From positions 315,036 to 379,035 of the forward strand of contig BDGG01000015.1 in assembly GCA_001949185.1 (NCBI GenBank): 64,000 nucleotides of DNA, read 5' to 3'. The notes below the pieces were generated by a model, which worked only from the letters and a program-made list of their open reading frames with translations, was not told the origin of the DNA and made no database searches. This document shows, piece after piece, positions 1 through 12,525 of this stretch (its first letter is position 1; every line of letters starts with the position of its first letter). This DNA comes from Ramazzottius varieornatus (Eukaryota > Animalia > Tardigrada). The translations under genes and the position numbers were made by a program.

Positions 1-222
1 CATAAGGCTACGCGAGGCGTGCACACGTGTACGCAAGAAGCTTTGTTCAAGAAAAAAATAAGATTGACGCCCGGACCTTCCTTAATTACGAAACGAACAC
101 GGAAGTACTTGGGGTCAATGAAGGTAAACTGTCAAGGTAGGCGGATATACACAATTGCGTAAGCCATTTGCCCAGCCTTCGCACAGTCCCCAAACACTGA
201 TCCCAAGCGAAGGCTGATTGAA

Positions 223-1095
223 CTAACCTGAGATTCGCAGCATAGCTTGGGTCAAGGACACCATATCTGGTCGGACGTATCGGTTTGAAACGTCGCTGCT
301 CCATCTACCCATGGCCCTAATCTGTTCCATGGAGCATCCGGCTTTAGAAGCCGTCGAAGCCGCTCCTATCCGGAAACTATGAGAGGTAAAGCCATTCCCG
401 AGAAAAGTTTGTAGCTCGCGATTGACACGTTGGCGAGTCAGGTAGCATCCATCATGGGAAATGAATAATGGTATATGCCTGGCTGAAGATCTGACTAGCA
501 TATGAGCGTGAAGGGCTTGCACGGGACAAGTATCCGTTTGAGTTTTTGTTAGATAAATTGTTTTGCGATGCGTTTTATCTCGCCGCAAACATATTTGGAC
601 CGAATCGCAGGATATTTGTAAGTCGTTCAGGACAAGGTTTGATTTGTCAAAACTTGTCTCCTTCGAACTGGTATACTCGGACACACGTAACATGCCGTAG
701 AAGGCCATGGTAAAAGCCGACCAAAGCATCAGTTGGTCGTGTCGAAGAATGAGAGACCCGAATAGGTCAACTTTGAGCTGTCGTAAATGTTCTATTGTCA
801 GAGGTTTTCTCTTGTATGTGTCGGGACGGGTTTGGTTGGTTAGACCTTTCAACATCATTGAGAGGTAATGGTCATTTCTACCAGGATCTTCGAAACCGTG
901 CTCCAGTTGTTCTGAACGTACGCCGGCTACATAAACTGTCGCTGTTTTCCCGCTTAGCCCTTCGCTATCCAACCAGGAAACGAACCGTCTGATGGTTTGG
1001 CGATCCGTAGGGAGATAAGGGAGATGATGGCTCAAACAGAAAGAGCGAAATCGCTCAAATCCATGTCGGTAGCCTCTTCTGGTAGAGGTGGCCAA
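223..1095 (-). CDS. Tyrosine recombinase (phage-integrase family) of the retrotransposon
   Basis: N-terminal SAM-like region (STRRGY...F..FC) and catalytic residues in GMLRVSE, DKT, HSFRIGAA, GRWSS...RYVR. Confidence 0.92.
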   Translation of the reverse strand: MATSTRRGYRHGFERFRSFCLSHHLPYLPTDRQTIRRFVSWLDSEGLSGKTATVYVAGVRSEQLEHGFEDPGRNDHYLSMMLKGLTNQTRPDTYKRKPLTIEHLRQLKVDLFGSLILRHDQLMLWSAFTMAFYGMLRVSEYTSSKETSFDKSNLVLNDLQISCDSVQICLRRDKTHRKTIYLTKTQTDTCPVQALHAHMLVRSSARHIPLFISHDGCYLTRQRVNRELQTFLGNGFTSHSFRIGAASTASKAGCSMEQIRAMGRWSSDVSNRYVRPDMVSLTQAMLRISG

Positions 1096-1169
1096 TCGCT
1101 TACTGACGAGCTCTCGCGATCTTGCATCGAGTTCGAACAGTTTCCGGGTTCTGGCATGATCTCCCGCAA

Positions 1170-2210
1170 AAAATCGAGTTGAATGCCGAGGAAGGTGAGT
1201 TTAGTCGTAGGGCCCTCGGTTTCCTTTCGCTATGGGCACACCAAGGTGTGCACATAATGCTCGTATAGAAAATGGCACGCAGGTGACGAACTAGGTACAG
1301 CCCACCAGAAATCGTCGATGTAATGCAAAACGTCGAGCATTCCGCCAGTGGTCTTAATTTTCCAGTCGAGAATTTTGGAGAGATCATCGAAAAAACTAGG
1401 TGAAGATCGACACCCAAACGGCAGTACCGTATCGAAATAATATTTTCCATCGCTTATGTAAACAAGCAGATGCCAATCCTCTTTCGTGACTGGTATGAGT
1501 CTAAAGGCGCCCTTCAAATCCGTTTTCGCCATCAAACAGCCCTTTCCAAGTTTAAGACAAATATCAATGGCGTCGTCGACTGAACAGAAATCAAGGGTAT
1601 AATCTGTTTTCGAAGTGTAATCGTTGACTGACTTTCTGAAGGGTCTGGACAAGTCCATAATAAGGCGAACTCCGCCTAGTTTTTTGGGGCGTACACCCAT
1701 AGAGGAACAAATGAAGTTGAGAAAAGGCGGATGATTCAAAGGACCAACGGTGTGCTTTGCAGCGACCTCTTTGGCTACATAATCGCGTACGACCTCATGG
1801 TGTTCCCGAGCAGTTCGAGCGTTAGGTGTAATTTGAGTAACATCAGGGCCGGTATAACCCAGGCGAAAACCGTTGATAAGACCATTGACGAAATAATCAG
1901 CAAATTCGGAGTCGGGATATTCCTTCAGGGCACGAGCAAACCGTTCTGGTATCAGCGGGGTGTATGCTTTATCAGGAATTTCAACAGAAGTAAAATGATG
2001 AGTGGTAACAGGAACGGGTGCTAGCGAAGTAGATGGAACATTAAGCGTAGCGATGGTTGAGCTCGGTATGCCCGGGTTTGAGGCATTGCGAACAGTTATG
2101 GGCATAGTTCTGATAACATGGTTCAGCGCAGCCACCGGGTTTGTTGAAACGACTGCAAGCCAGGACCACAGCTTTAGGTCGATTACCATCAGAGTTAGGA
2201 TCAGAGCCAT
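1170..2210 (-). pseudogene. Reverse transcriptase, frameshifted and truncated (RNase H missing)
   Basis: Motifs RLIMDLS, KTDLKGAF, VLPFGCRSSP, LHYIDDF. After a frameshift near 1240 a ...GPTTKLTFLGIQLD segment follows and then runs straight into the YR region. Confidence 0.88.
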
Positions 2211-3531
2211 CAGATTTCATGTTAGAAAATCTATTAGATCTATTCACACCTTCTTTCCTGCTGGGGCATGTTGCTGCAATATGGCCCTTCTCGCTGCATA
2301 TATGGCAAGTAGCGGTGCGAATCCACTCAGAGTATGGACCTCGAGCAACGGTGCTGATAACTGTGGTGGTAGTAGCAGTTGACTTGAAATTATTTTTAAC
2401 GGCCTTAACGATATCACGGTCCTCGTGGTACCACCCGGTTACATCAGTATCCGGCAATGCCATCTTTTAACGGAAACGTTGGTCATATTCCAACCAAAAG
2501 CGCACGTCAGGCTTTCGTGAAGCCAACCCCCGGATATTGCCACTATAGGCAAGGAAAGGTATAGCCATATCGGGGTAATAGTAGCTTCGATAGAGAGAGA
2601 AAGTCAAAAACGCATCTTGCCAGGAGGGCAAGTCAACGATCACCAAGTGTCCTGTATTAGGGTCACCGGGTTGTTTGCGCTTGGTGTTATCAGGCACATA
2701 TCTATCAGTAGCCAGATCCTGGAAGACCACGTAGGCTGATTTTCGTCGAAGCAACTTGTCAACAGTAGGACTGACTGGGGGGAAGTTGAAATGAGTAGAA
2801 GGAGGAGGCTTTTTTGAAACGACACTGTAGACAACTGAGGTAGGTGAGGAAGGTATTTGATTGCCGTACTGCGGTAGAGGCGAAGGAGCCCGGGAGACTG
2901 AGTACGTTGGTGAGGAGCATACCTGACGATGGAGTGACTCGTTTGTAGCTTCCAGCTGCTTGACATAACGAAGGATGGCGGCAATCTCTTCTGGTGTCGG
3001 GTAGGTGGCGTTGGTAGGCAACCACGGATCCCTTCCATTTCGGCCTGCTTGTTCGCCTTGTAATCGTTCACGGGAAGAATGTCCCATGTGACCCATCAAG
3101 ACGTCGTGTCCACCAGGTCCCACTTGATCACCAACATACGCGCTCCCTTCGTATTCCATTCTTCTTTTCTGTCTTCCTGATCTATCCGACACGCGAAGTA
3201 ATTCCGGACCAGTTCCCTGTCTTTCCAGTCTTCCAGATCCACTTTCCAGTCTTCTGGATCCATTCCCCAGCCGGCTTGGGCTTCCTTGTCGGTCTTCTCG
3301 TCCGGGTTCTGCGAACAGCTCCAAGGCCCGATCCACACTGACCGCGCGACGAACTTCTTTCAACGCCGAGCGAAGACGTTTGGCGAGAGGCACCTCTGGT
3401 AACGTGGTAAGAACTTGACTATCATCTGGCCCAGCTGGGTATTTGGTACCGTAACGGTGTCGTCCACTAGGGCTATCGCTGGCTACCGGAGGCATAGCCT
3501 CGTGTAGGCTCTGAGGTCGCGAGTTCGCCAT
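2041..3531 (-). pseudogene. gag-like ORF of the YR retrotransposon with an in-frame TAA at 2467-2469
   Basis: ORFs 2467..3531 and 2041..2463 are in the same frame, separated by one stop and one codon. Motifs: WLEYDQRFR, zinc knuckle CHICSEKGHIAATC, C-terminal CSRFN..C..C...H.C..C...H. Confidence 0.8.
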
Positions 3532-5899
3532 CGAGAAGACTTTTAAAAGCTGAGAAAAAAGCTGATGTGCTCACTTCGTGAAACAGTGACTGACTCCAGC
3601 TATAAATTTAGACTGTAAGCTACTCAGGATCCACATGGCAACCTAATCAGATTACTACTCTGTAATGAGGGAAATGCCGAAATGACGTCAACGGCAGTGT
3701 AACACCTTTCGGCGTTAACTCTCTTTACCCTTCACCCCTCTCGGCCAATCGCTAACGCGACAGCCCTACTTGGCACCGCTAAGTTCTATAGTTATTTGCT
3801 TGAAGGGAAGCAAAATTCGAAAGAAGAGAAAAAAATTTTGGGCAAGTTGCTGCCGGAACAGTGCAAAAAAGCACGGAAGTAACCAATTTCGAAAGAAAAT
3901 CGCGAAAAATTCAACTGGTTGTTTCACTTAAAAAGGTCACAGTTGCCGTACACTGACTTGTATTTACCGATTGGCCTTGGTACACCGCTGTCCTGGTGTT
4001 CGAGAAGTACGTGAAGTGTTCGTGCTGATTCAGCACGAGTGCTTTATTGCCGAGGTAAGCTCTTTACACAGCCAGCACCACAGAGAACCACTAAATACGC
4101 TCAGGCAATTACGAGCAAGCTTCGGGCAACTCAGGAGAAACTGGCCATTGCCCGAAGTCAATTGCCTTGAATTGCCTTGCCTGCGCCAAGCCCAAATTAG
4201 ATTTACGCTTGGCGCTTCGCGTCTCATTTAGTACTTCTAACACCCGTAACCCTTTCCGTGATTAAAACCGTCCCCTCACAGCAATGTCAAATCAAATCCG
4301 GATGATCTACGCAGGTTGAGGGGGTGAATGTTTTAGATACTGCTAAAGCCTTCTCAGTGCGCGAGTTCACGAGGGCAGTGAGTGACGGTACACTGACGCA
4401 ATAAAACGATCTGTAAGCAAATAGAGTGCGCGACTCGACCGGGGGGCGCATGGGTGGTACGCGCGCTGTGAGTCACTGCTTAATTTGATGACTCTACGTG
4501 TGCACGGGCAGCTCAATAGCTGCTATACCCAGCGCGTGCACAACTCCTATTTTAGTTGCGGCGACTTTTCATGGCGACGTCGTTCTGCTCGCATCAGACC
4601 TGTCTGTCTAATGCTTCATATCCGGCAGGTTACGATCAAAGCCGTGGATGTTTTGTGCATGTTGCAGCACGAAGGAGGGCGACGTTCGCTGTCGAGGAGA
4701 AGAGGCATAAAAAAGAATGAAAAGTGGTTTGTGCAAACTTCTTTTCTCAATGGACCATTTTCGTGCAACCCTGCTTTCTGCCTTCGGGTGACGTCATGCG
4801 CCGAACGGCCTAGTATCGGAAATCGACAGTCAAGCAGGGAAGTTGAATACAAAACCCCAGCAAACGCTTACATGCACTGTAGTGAGAACGTTCTTCTTGG
4901 ATATTAAAGCCCGTTCGAGCAAACTTGCTACCGCCTGCAACTTCCTCGTCTAAAGATTCGATCCCACTTCTTTTCTTCTAATTTATTCACATTTTCGTAC
5001 ACCGTTTCACCGCTTCTACTGAGTTATGGTTGGATAATATGGCTGAGAGATGGTCTAGAAAAAATAGGTCAGAACGACGTCCGGTGAAGTCTCTTCATCA
5101 CGAACGAAACGCGATCTCGGGAATTGCGTGTGTAAACTACAACCTTCGATCCAATTTCAGAAAACGTAGAAATTCTTGGCCTGTTATGAAAATCAGGAAA
5201 GGCTCCAGAAAAGCCAAGGAAACGTGGCAAATGAATTTGAGCTGTCAGATTCGGCCATTTTGCTGATAGACGCCATTTTCTGTCAAAAAATCTACCTCGT
5301 GCTCGGAACAGCAGATCCCTACTTTCAACAACTGTTTCAGTAACACAGTCCCTAATTTATTGAATTGAGACAAAACGAGCGTGGAACGTCAGCTGGAAAT
5401 TAAAAAAAATCATTTCTCCAAAACTTCGAAATTTGGTGTAGTGACCGATACTGTAGTAGCATGTCAGTCAGAGAACCTCACGGACGGCAAAATTTTCCCG
5501 TGTCTGAGAGGAAAGTTTCGCCGATGCCCACCTGAGTTTCTCGAAATTCCGGTCAGGGAGACCTAATCGCTTGAACCGCGCTACTGTGGTGACAGCGTTT
5601 CAATTCAGTCAAGGCTTAAAAGTCAAGTATACGACCGCTTCTTCATACCAGGGTTACGGACAAAATACTTTTTTTTAGTATAGCTTTCTGCGGTGTGCTT
5701 CGGTCTTATCGCGGTCGTACTTCAGCAAATGCTCCACTCAGAGACGAAACGATTGCAGCTACAATGGACCGGGAGACTTCATATCACGAATGCAGGGATT
5801 TTTTTATAGTTGCGGTATGCTCGGCAAGATCGACGATTGCTGCAGGTAACGTCAAGCAAGTCAGAATTCAATTTTGGGCTAACGTCATAAGTTGACTAC

Positions 5900-7200
5900 C
5901 AACAATTAATCCAGCTTCAAGTGGCTACAATGATACGCTGGCTGTTTTGCAGATCCCACCGAATGCGCGATTTGCGCAACAGACACTCCGAGTAGTCTTG
6001 CGATCATGACAAACGTCAACCAGCCAAACTGCGTATCTGATAATCCCGTGGTCTTGAAGCAATACTTTACCCGGTGTAGTAGTATCGGCATTGAGTAGAC
6101 AAGTACAGTCTGCCAGCAAGTGTTTTTCTGAGCCACCGATGGCGTGACAGGTATATTTGGCGAAGAAAGATCTAACTTTTAACTGCGACTTCATCTGGGT
6201 AGTGTTGAAACCCCAAATCATGAATTTTTTGTGAAACCCCAAATCATGAATTTTTTCCAACTGTTCAGGAATCGACTTTTTGTGTCTGGGCACCTGAGGG
6301 CGATCCGAGGGTTTCTGTACGATGCGATAGAGCAACTCAAGAGCTTTCTATCGCGCTTTACAGAAATTTTATCAGAAATATGAGACGGAAGATCTTGACG
6401 GGGCAACCAAGGGTGAGAAAATGAAAATTTCGAAATTCCCTCGTCCATCAGGAAGAAATGGGTCTTGAACCTCGTTTCATCGACGAAGTGACATTTTCAG
6501 GAGAGTCTGTAAAAGCTGGAATTATTAAGTTATTGCTATTAATTCAGGTCATCGCTCTCACCTTGAAATAAGAAGGACCAGCTTGATCCGCGTGGTCGCT
6601 CTGCGCGAAATCAAATGTGATGACACGCGTTCCCTTTACACCGGGAGGGAACTGCTGGTTGTCGGACGTGATGTGCTTTGCATAGAGTTCCTTGCTGGCT
6701 AAAATGCGAGCCGTATACGCAGCTCGTTCGCCCTTGGCGTGCTTCCGGTGAGCGTCCCATCGCTGTCGCAGATCGTACACAACCTTCCCCATGCGGCTGC
6801 CATTGTAAATCTGGCTGATCAGTTGGTCACAAGTACCACACAAGTCAGTGCGTAGTCCGCGGATTTTAACGTGTCTGACAAGTCTGCGCCACACCGAGCA
6901 AAATGTGCTTCTTGAAAATGGCTGTTTTATCGTGCCGTCTTCGTTTGGAGTGCCGTGTTTCTTACAGAACATGTCAAACAAGAAAGTTCTGCTAAAGTCC
7001 GAAGGTAGGTAGATGGAGGGAAGTTGAATGGCAGCTCTTGTCGGCGTTGGCATGGGCAGTCCGAAAAGCGACGCCTTTTCCAGGAGGAAGTTAACAATCC
7101 ATAGGGACTTTTCCGGTTTTAACGTGTTTCTTTTTTGACCGATGTGACTGTGTTGGGGCAAATGAAAACCTCCGTTTCTAATACAGTCTCTCAGTCACTT
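5900..7200 (-). mobile_element. Degenerate DNA transposase remnant, Sola-like
   Basis: ORF 6544..7161 has SRSTFCSVW, RTDLCGTCD, H...AKGERAAY and ITFDFAQ...GPSYF. Downstream fragments read HFFLMDEG and SDTQFGW. It is broken by stops and insertions. Family assignment is from motif memory only. Confidence 0.55.
6206..6256. repeat. Tandem duplication of about 25 bp
   Basis: tgaaaccccaaatcatgaatttttt occurs twice in tandem. Confidence 0.85.
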
Positions 7201-7918
7201 CAGACGGAGTCTCTGATGTTGTTGACGTACTTGAAGCCACCACGGCAGAGGTCAAACCCGTAGTTTTCCTCGCGTGAACCATTGACTGAATTTTTTGGAC
7301 TGCTTCTTTATATGGATACATTTGTAGGTTGTGAATAACTACCACGTGACCAAGCAAAGCTCCCCCGAACAGGCCGATGTCCAAAATTGTACACTTCTTT
7401 GTTGGCTAACTCACAGTACAGACGGGTTGAATGTTCATCAACTGCGCTGCTTATGGCATTGAATGTGGACAGCCATGAATACTTGAGACGCAGCAGTTCT
7501 TAATTAAAAAAAATCAAAAATATCCACATTTGCATCATTTTAGGGAAAAACAGTGTCATTCAGGGGTTTTTTTTTCTTCACAAGGGCGATGAAATTTCAA
7601 CGTTGTTTTTGCCGGCTTCTTTGTGTGCGGCCTTTTGCGGCATTTTAGAGTTCGATGCAGCTTTGTCTTCTCTACAAGATGCATGATTTAGGGTTTCTAC
7701 TTGACAGTACCCATTGTTTGTCCATCTTTTCAGGCGAAATTACTGGCCCAAGCAACCTGAATATTTTCGCTTAACTTTAAAGAATGAGCCATTTCCAAAA
7801 TGACTCATGGACAGCTAAAGCAGTTTTCATTGGCTGACAATTGTGAGATGTTTTTTATCTGGGTTTTTTCCAGCCATTTATCTGCGCGGCCCCCCGGTAC
7901 GGCACTACCGCATTAGTA

Positions 7919-9174
7919 CATCCACGAAGGGAAAGTTTGGAAAAGTAAGTTTGGAACAGGTGATTCCGAAATAGCGGAACGGAAGTTCGTACTTACATAT
8001 GAAATTCCCACCAATGCACTTTTTGACAACTTCCTACGGCTGATTTCTGAATTTGCCGTCTTTTCCGCCTGTTCCAAACCTTCCCTTCGTGCGTGTGGCC
8101 GTCATATTTGCAATGTGCTATGTTTGAGACAGCAAATATTGATAGCATATATGCCGGCATATTTGCTATCTACCCGCTACTGGACAACTGACTTCACAAT
8201 CCAGAGAACACGCAGAACATAGCTAGAAAAAGTCGACTGCGACAAGAATACAAGCAACCCAGTTCGCTCTGGAAGTTTTCGGACATGTCACGATCATATA
8301 GTCATAAATCACTGGCGATAGGAAAATCATGCATGGTTCTGCTTCGACAGAATTCACCGAGTCATAGAGTCCACATGGACCATACGACTCGATGGAGTCC
8401 AATCCCGGTCAAACTATGATGAATGACAAGACGACTTTGAAAATGTGACGAGTTTTGCTGTTTTAGAAGTAGACTTGCTGGAAATTCTCAGTTTTTGGCG
8501 AATGTGGCGAATGGAGGAACAGGTGTCGAGCGCAGATGTGCAGTGAGCATCACAACACGACGACACGCACTAGAAACAGCGGTTCCGTCACCGTTTGACT
8601 TGATTGAATTCACTCGAACGCTGAATAACTACAAGACGGCTTGGTTGACGACAACTTCCACTGCGTGCATCCAGCCGGTAAAGAGGCTGAACAGTTGAAT
8701 TGAGCCAATCGCAGATCTATACAGGAAATGGAGAATCAGCAACTCTACTTAGAAGTACTTCGGTCGTCAAATCAGGTAGCTTGCAAAAACATTTAAGCAG
8801 AGCAATCAGCTTTTCATCCAGCACGTCCACGAAGTTCGAAGAACGGAGATGGTGCAGTAGCCAATAAAGTGGCGTTAGTAAAATTTCACAAGGTACACTA
8901 CGTCGTCGCGAAAGTTCGGAATACATCAATGATCAATCGAAATGCCAGGGTTTCTCTTCTAAGTGCATTACTTTCGTAGTTTGCGTGTTTTCTGGATTGT
9001 GTAGCTAGCGCTACTGGATCTCCGTACAGCATTGCAGACATGCCCGGAGTGTAGATGGCAGGTATAACTGCTGCTATCATTTATGACCAACTTAGTAAAT
9101 AGACGGCATAAATGCTATCAATATTTGCTACGTTTCACACATAGGATATTGCAAATATGACGGCTACATGCGTG
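7919..9174. mobile_element. Short TA-flanked MITE (~180 bp empty length), interrupted in its right TIR by a larger element
   Basis: Left end TA|catccacgaagggaaagtttgga; right end cctgttccaaaccttcccttcgtgcgtg|TA, restored when the nested element is removed. Confidence 0.7.
8096..9166. mobile_element. Non-autonomous hAT-like element (1071 bp), ~75 bp imperfect TIRs, 8-bp TSD
   Basis: TIR t(g/a)gccgtcatatttgcaat...gcaaatattgatagcat at both ends. TSD cgtgcgtg (8088-8095) and catgcgtg (9167-9174), 1 mismatch. Confidence 0.78.
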
Positions 9175-10208
9175 TACACCGCTTGCGCGTGCATTTTCTG
9201 ACTTCGTCTTTCGGCACCTTACACCTTCCCCTTCTGAAAATTTTGCTTTTACGCGCAATCACCTTCGAAAATCAACAGTCGCACCCCTTCTGGGCTTTGT
9301 TTGGGCATCAAGTTTCAAACATGCTGCGGCAGCCAAAAAATTCGAGAAAAACTCGCCTAGAACAGCATCACCGCAAAAGGCGAGCAGAGATACCAATCAG
9401 GCTAGTCGCATACTTTGTCGATTTATCGTGTACTCGTACAAAAAGTGTATCAGCTGAAAGGTGAACATGCTAAAACGCTTACAGTCCAAAAGGGGGACTG
9501 TGTCTTACACTGTAAAATGGCAGCTCGTTAAAAACTTTCAAGGTCGACAGGTTGTGCAAAACAGGCTTCAGTTCTGATAGGTGAGATACTAATGCGCAAG
9601 CTGGTATGAGGGCTGGCCATTCGATCTGGCATAAACTTTGTTTCCATGCAAAGGGGAGTCCTACGTCCGTTCTGCAATACAGTGACCTCACCCTGTAGCT
9701 AGACTTTGCCGACGTCGTATTGACGTTGCCAACAATTTAGGCAAGTTGCACGGAGAGAAGATCCCGGAAGGGCTTCCCAGACCGCTGTGTAGGTCAGCAG
9801 TTTGCGGCAGTATGGGAAGCCCTTTCGGGTACCAGTCCAAACACTTCGAGCACGTACGAGCTCTTTTACGTCACCCTACACAGGCGTCAGGCATGCTAAT
9901 ACGTCACGTTCTGAACAGCCAGTCAAAAACTGAGCCTAATAAAAACGTCTATAGCAATCAGTTATTACAAATACAGTACGAGTACTGTATCCCGGCTCCA
10001 ACTGACGTCACTGCCGGTAATGCAAAACGAGTCTTGGACGACTACGACTTTTACAGGTCACACAAAGCCATATCTTGTTGGCAATTCCCGTAATTTTCTA
10101 ATTTCAGGTGTCAGACCAGTGCTTTCAAGAAGACATCAACCAAGACAAACTTCTCATAGACGGAACACTCGGAATACAGAAAAGAATAGGTACGCGTATA
10201 AGAGGACA

Positions 10209-12092
10209 TCAGACATTCGCTCGTATTTTAGCCTGATCAGAGTCGCCAGACTCAGTTGCACCGGCTTCTCGCTGTTGACGGAGTGTTTCTTGATAGGCTT
10301 GTACTGCCAGCTCCAAGTTTCCTTTCCTTACGGCTTCCGACTCAATGTAATACTGCATAAAAGCGCACAGTAAAAAATAGCAGGCACGTGGAAGGAAACT
10401 TTGCATAAGGCTTCACTGCTTACCTTTACTGCAGAAATTTCGCTCCCGTCAAACGCTTTCTGGAAGGCATCTGCTTTTTCCGGATGGAGAATGTAGTGCA
10501 ACTGCAGTAAATCCATGACTACATCCATTCTACAACACATTCAACACAGGTTCATTAGTTTCCACAATTGGAACGTCGGCAAACAGACTGTACAAGATTA
10601 TTTTCCCAAGTGGCGCACGTTTGCTCTATTGCCGGCTGGAAGCATCCGCCACTTGGAACAATGATCTTGACCAGTTCGTTAGCCGAACTCGCAGTTCATT
10701 CATCAGCTTTCCTCTCTCCACGAAATGACACGATTTCTTACCTATTGTTCTGTAACAGACGCATCAAAAAATTATCCGCTTTTTTCTGGGAAACCAGGTA
10801 GAACACCAGCCCGCCCATAAACCGGGTCGAGTCCAGCACGTCGTACTTCCGGTGAGTATCAATATGCTCATAGATCATTCTCGTAACCTAAATTACAACC
10901 ACCAACTGGACCTTCCCAACCCCATAACACCACCAACGAAATATAACAATTAAACATTCGATTATTGGAGGAACTTACGCGGATGTAATCGGGATTGTCG
11001 GGCTCAAACTGCACCACAGCTCTTCCGAGCAAGTACTCATGAAAACCTTTGTCCAACGCAGCCTAATCACAAAAACCCGTTGGTGAAAGAACCACCGTAC
11101 TTTCGCGCTGACAGCATCGAAAAACACTAATAACAGTGAATGGGATACCTGAAGATTTGCTTCTTCATAGACTGCGGGAAAGTCGATGTCTCTTCCTTCA
11201 ACCGGGAAGTACGTGTTGTTTAGTCTGTCGAGTTCTTCCCACGTTACCGTTCTAAGTGTTCCATCCAGTTCCCTCACGTATCCTTTCCTGTTCTATAAAC
11301 GAAGGAGACACATCAGTTTGCACATCGAAAACGGGAGAAATCTTTGCGTACGCGAGGTTTCACTCCATAGGTGATATCCATAAAGACGTGCTTGTGCGCA
11401 TCGTAATTCTCCAAAAGTGGATCTTTCACGATGACTTGTTCACGAGGTTGTCGGGCAGGCAATACAGGAGGCATTTGAAGTCGTTCCTCCATTTCACGAA
11501 GCTTTTCTTCCCGTATCTGCAACCGGAAATGTGATTACAAACTGATTCAGCTGATGCGACGAGAAACTGCATACACGATGATGCAAGTAATAACATTACA
11601 GACTGTATGCAGGCTGGCGAAACAAACTCTATCAGGTAATATGACATAAACCTACATACAGACAAATACAGACGAAAACAGTACGAAGTGTGCGCAAGTT
11701 GGCGACGGCAACAGCCTGTATGATATTCTTACCCTGTTGAGTTGATCCTCTGTCAGCAGTTTCACTTCTGACCTCCGTAGATCCTTCACCTGTCGTCTGG
11801 AGAGAATCTTCTCCATTTTCCGTCCAGTAAGGCGCGAGAGGATTTGCTGCACATCGGGTCGGATGAAGAGTAACTCAACAGGGGAAGAGCGCGCAGGTTG
11901 CGAAGGCGGTGTCTCTGCAGCAGCAGTACCATCGTTGGTTTGAGAAAGAGCGACGTCGGAAGCAGAAGGTGCATCGGCGAAAGATCTGTGAAAGTACGAG
12001 AAGGCAGGAGAGGGATGTTTCCGGCGCAGAGCAGCTAGTGAACGGAAGGTAAGGGATAATGTCGCAACAGATTTGGAAGCCATCCCGGCCAT
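10209..12092 (-). CDS. MRPS22: Mitochondrial ribosomal protein S22 (mS22), about 7 exons
   Basis: Mitochondrial-type presequence; RLQMPPVLPAR, KHVFMDITYG, VRELDGTLR...DRLN..YFP, QFEPDNPDYIR, YDVLDSTRF, LELAVQAY. GT-AG introns restore the frame (exon 1 12092-11733, exon 2 from 11516). Confidence 0.93.
10568..10690. repeat. Palindromic hairpin repeat, monomer, in MRPS22 intron
   Basis: caagattattttcccaagtggcgcac...cgccacttggaacaatgatcttg. Confidence 0.85.
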
Positions 12093-12525
12093 CAGGTTCT
12101 TTGGTGGACACGAACGTCACCGGGAGTTAAGATGGGAAAATTTCGTGTCTGGGAAGACTGTATCCACTGTCCAGTCTCTCTAGCCAAAACAACCTATGTC
12201 CAAGAGATGGGGAAACAGGAGACGTCGAGGATAACAGTAGAGCCGAGAGCCGGGGCTTGCGTGACACACATGACACAAGTTGTGTCATGTAAGGTTATTT
12301 CATGTGTGTCGGGCTTGTCATCTTGTCAAGTGATGTCGTATCGAGCAGTTGATCAGTGTGGCGCTTTTCCAGTGTTCTTATCTCCGAAATCCAGTTCCGG
12401 ATTCCAGGATCCGCGTGAGTTTTAACATTTTCTTTCATCGAACTTTAACGCTTTCCGTTTGGTATTAGACTGTATTTTGTAGGTTCGGAGAAGACTGGAA
12501 GGAAGTCCCGCGTCTCAACGTCGGG

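Larger units (their letters stand above)
1..3790 (-). mobile_element. Decayed tyrosine-recombinase retrotransposon (DIRS/Ngaro group): gag, RT, YR
   Basis: Minus-strand gag-like ORF, overlapping RT ORF and tyrosine recombinase ORF in the order typical of this group. Ends are approximate because no terminal repeats were identified. Confidence 0.9.

Noticed and set aside
223-1095. Tyrosine recombinase as evidence of prophage or bacterial contamination
   Set aside because: It is adjacent to gag and RT in the retrotransposon arrangement and contiguous with intron-containing metazoan genes.
4376-5565. Weak inverted-repeat-like matches (e.g. cagtgagtgac / gtgagtcactg)
   Set aside because: Too short and degenerate to define an element without computation.
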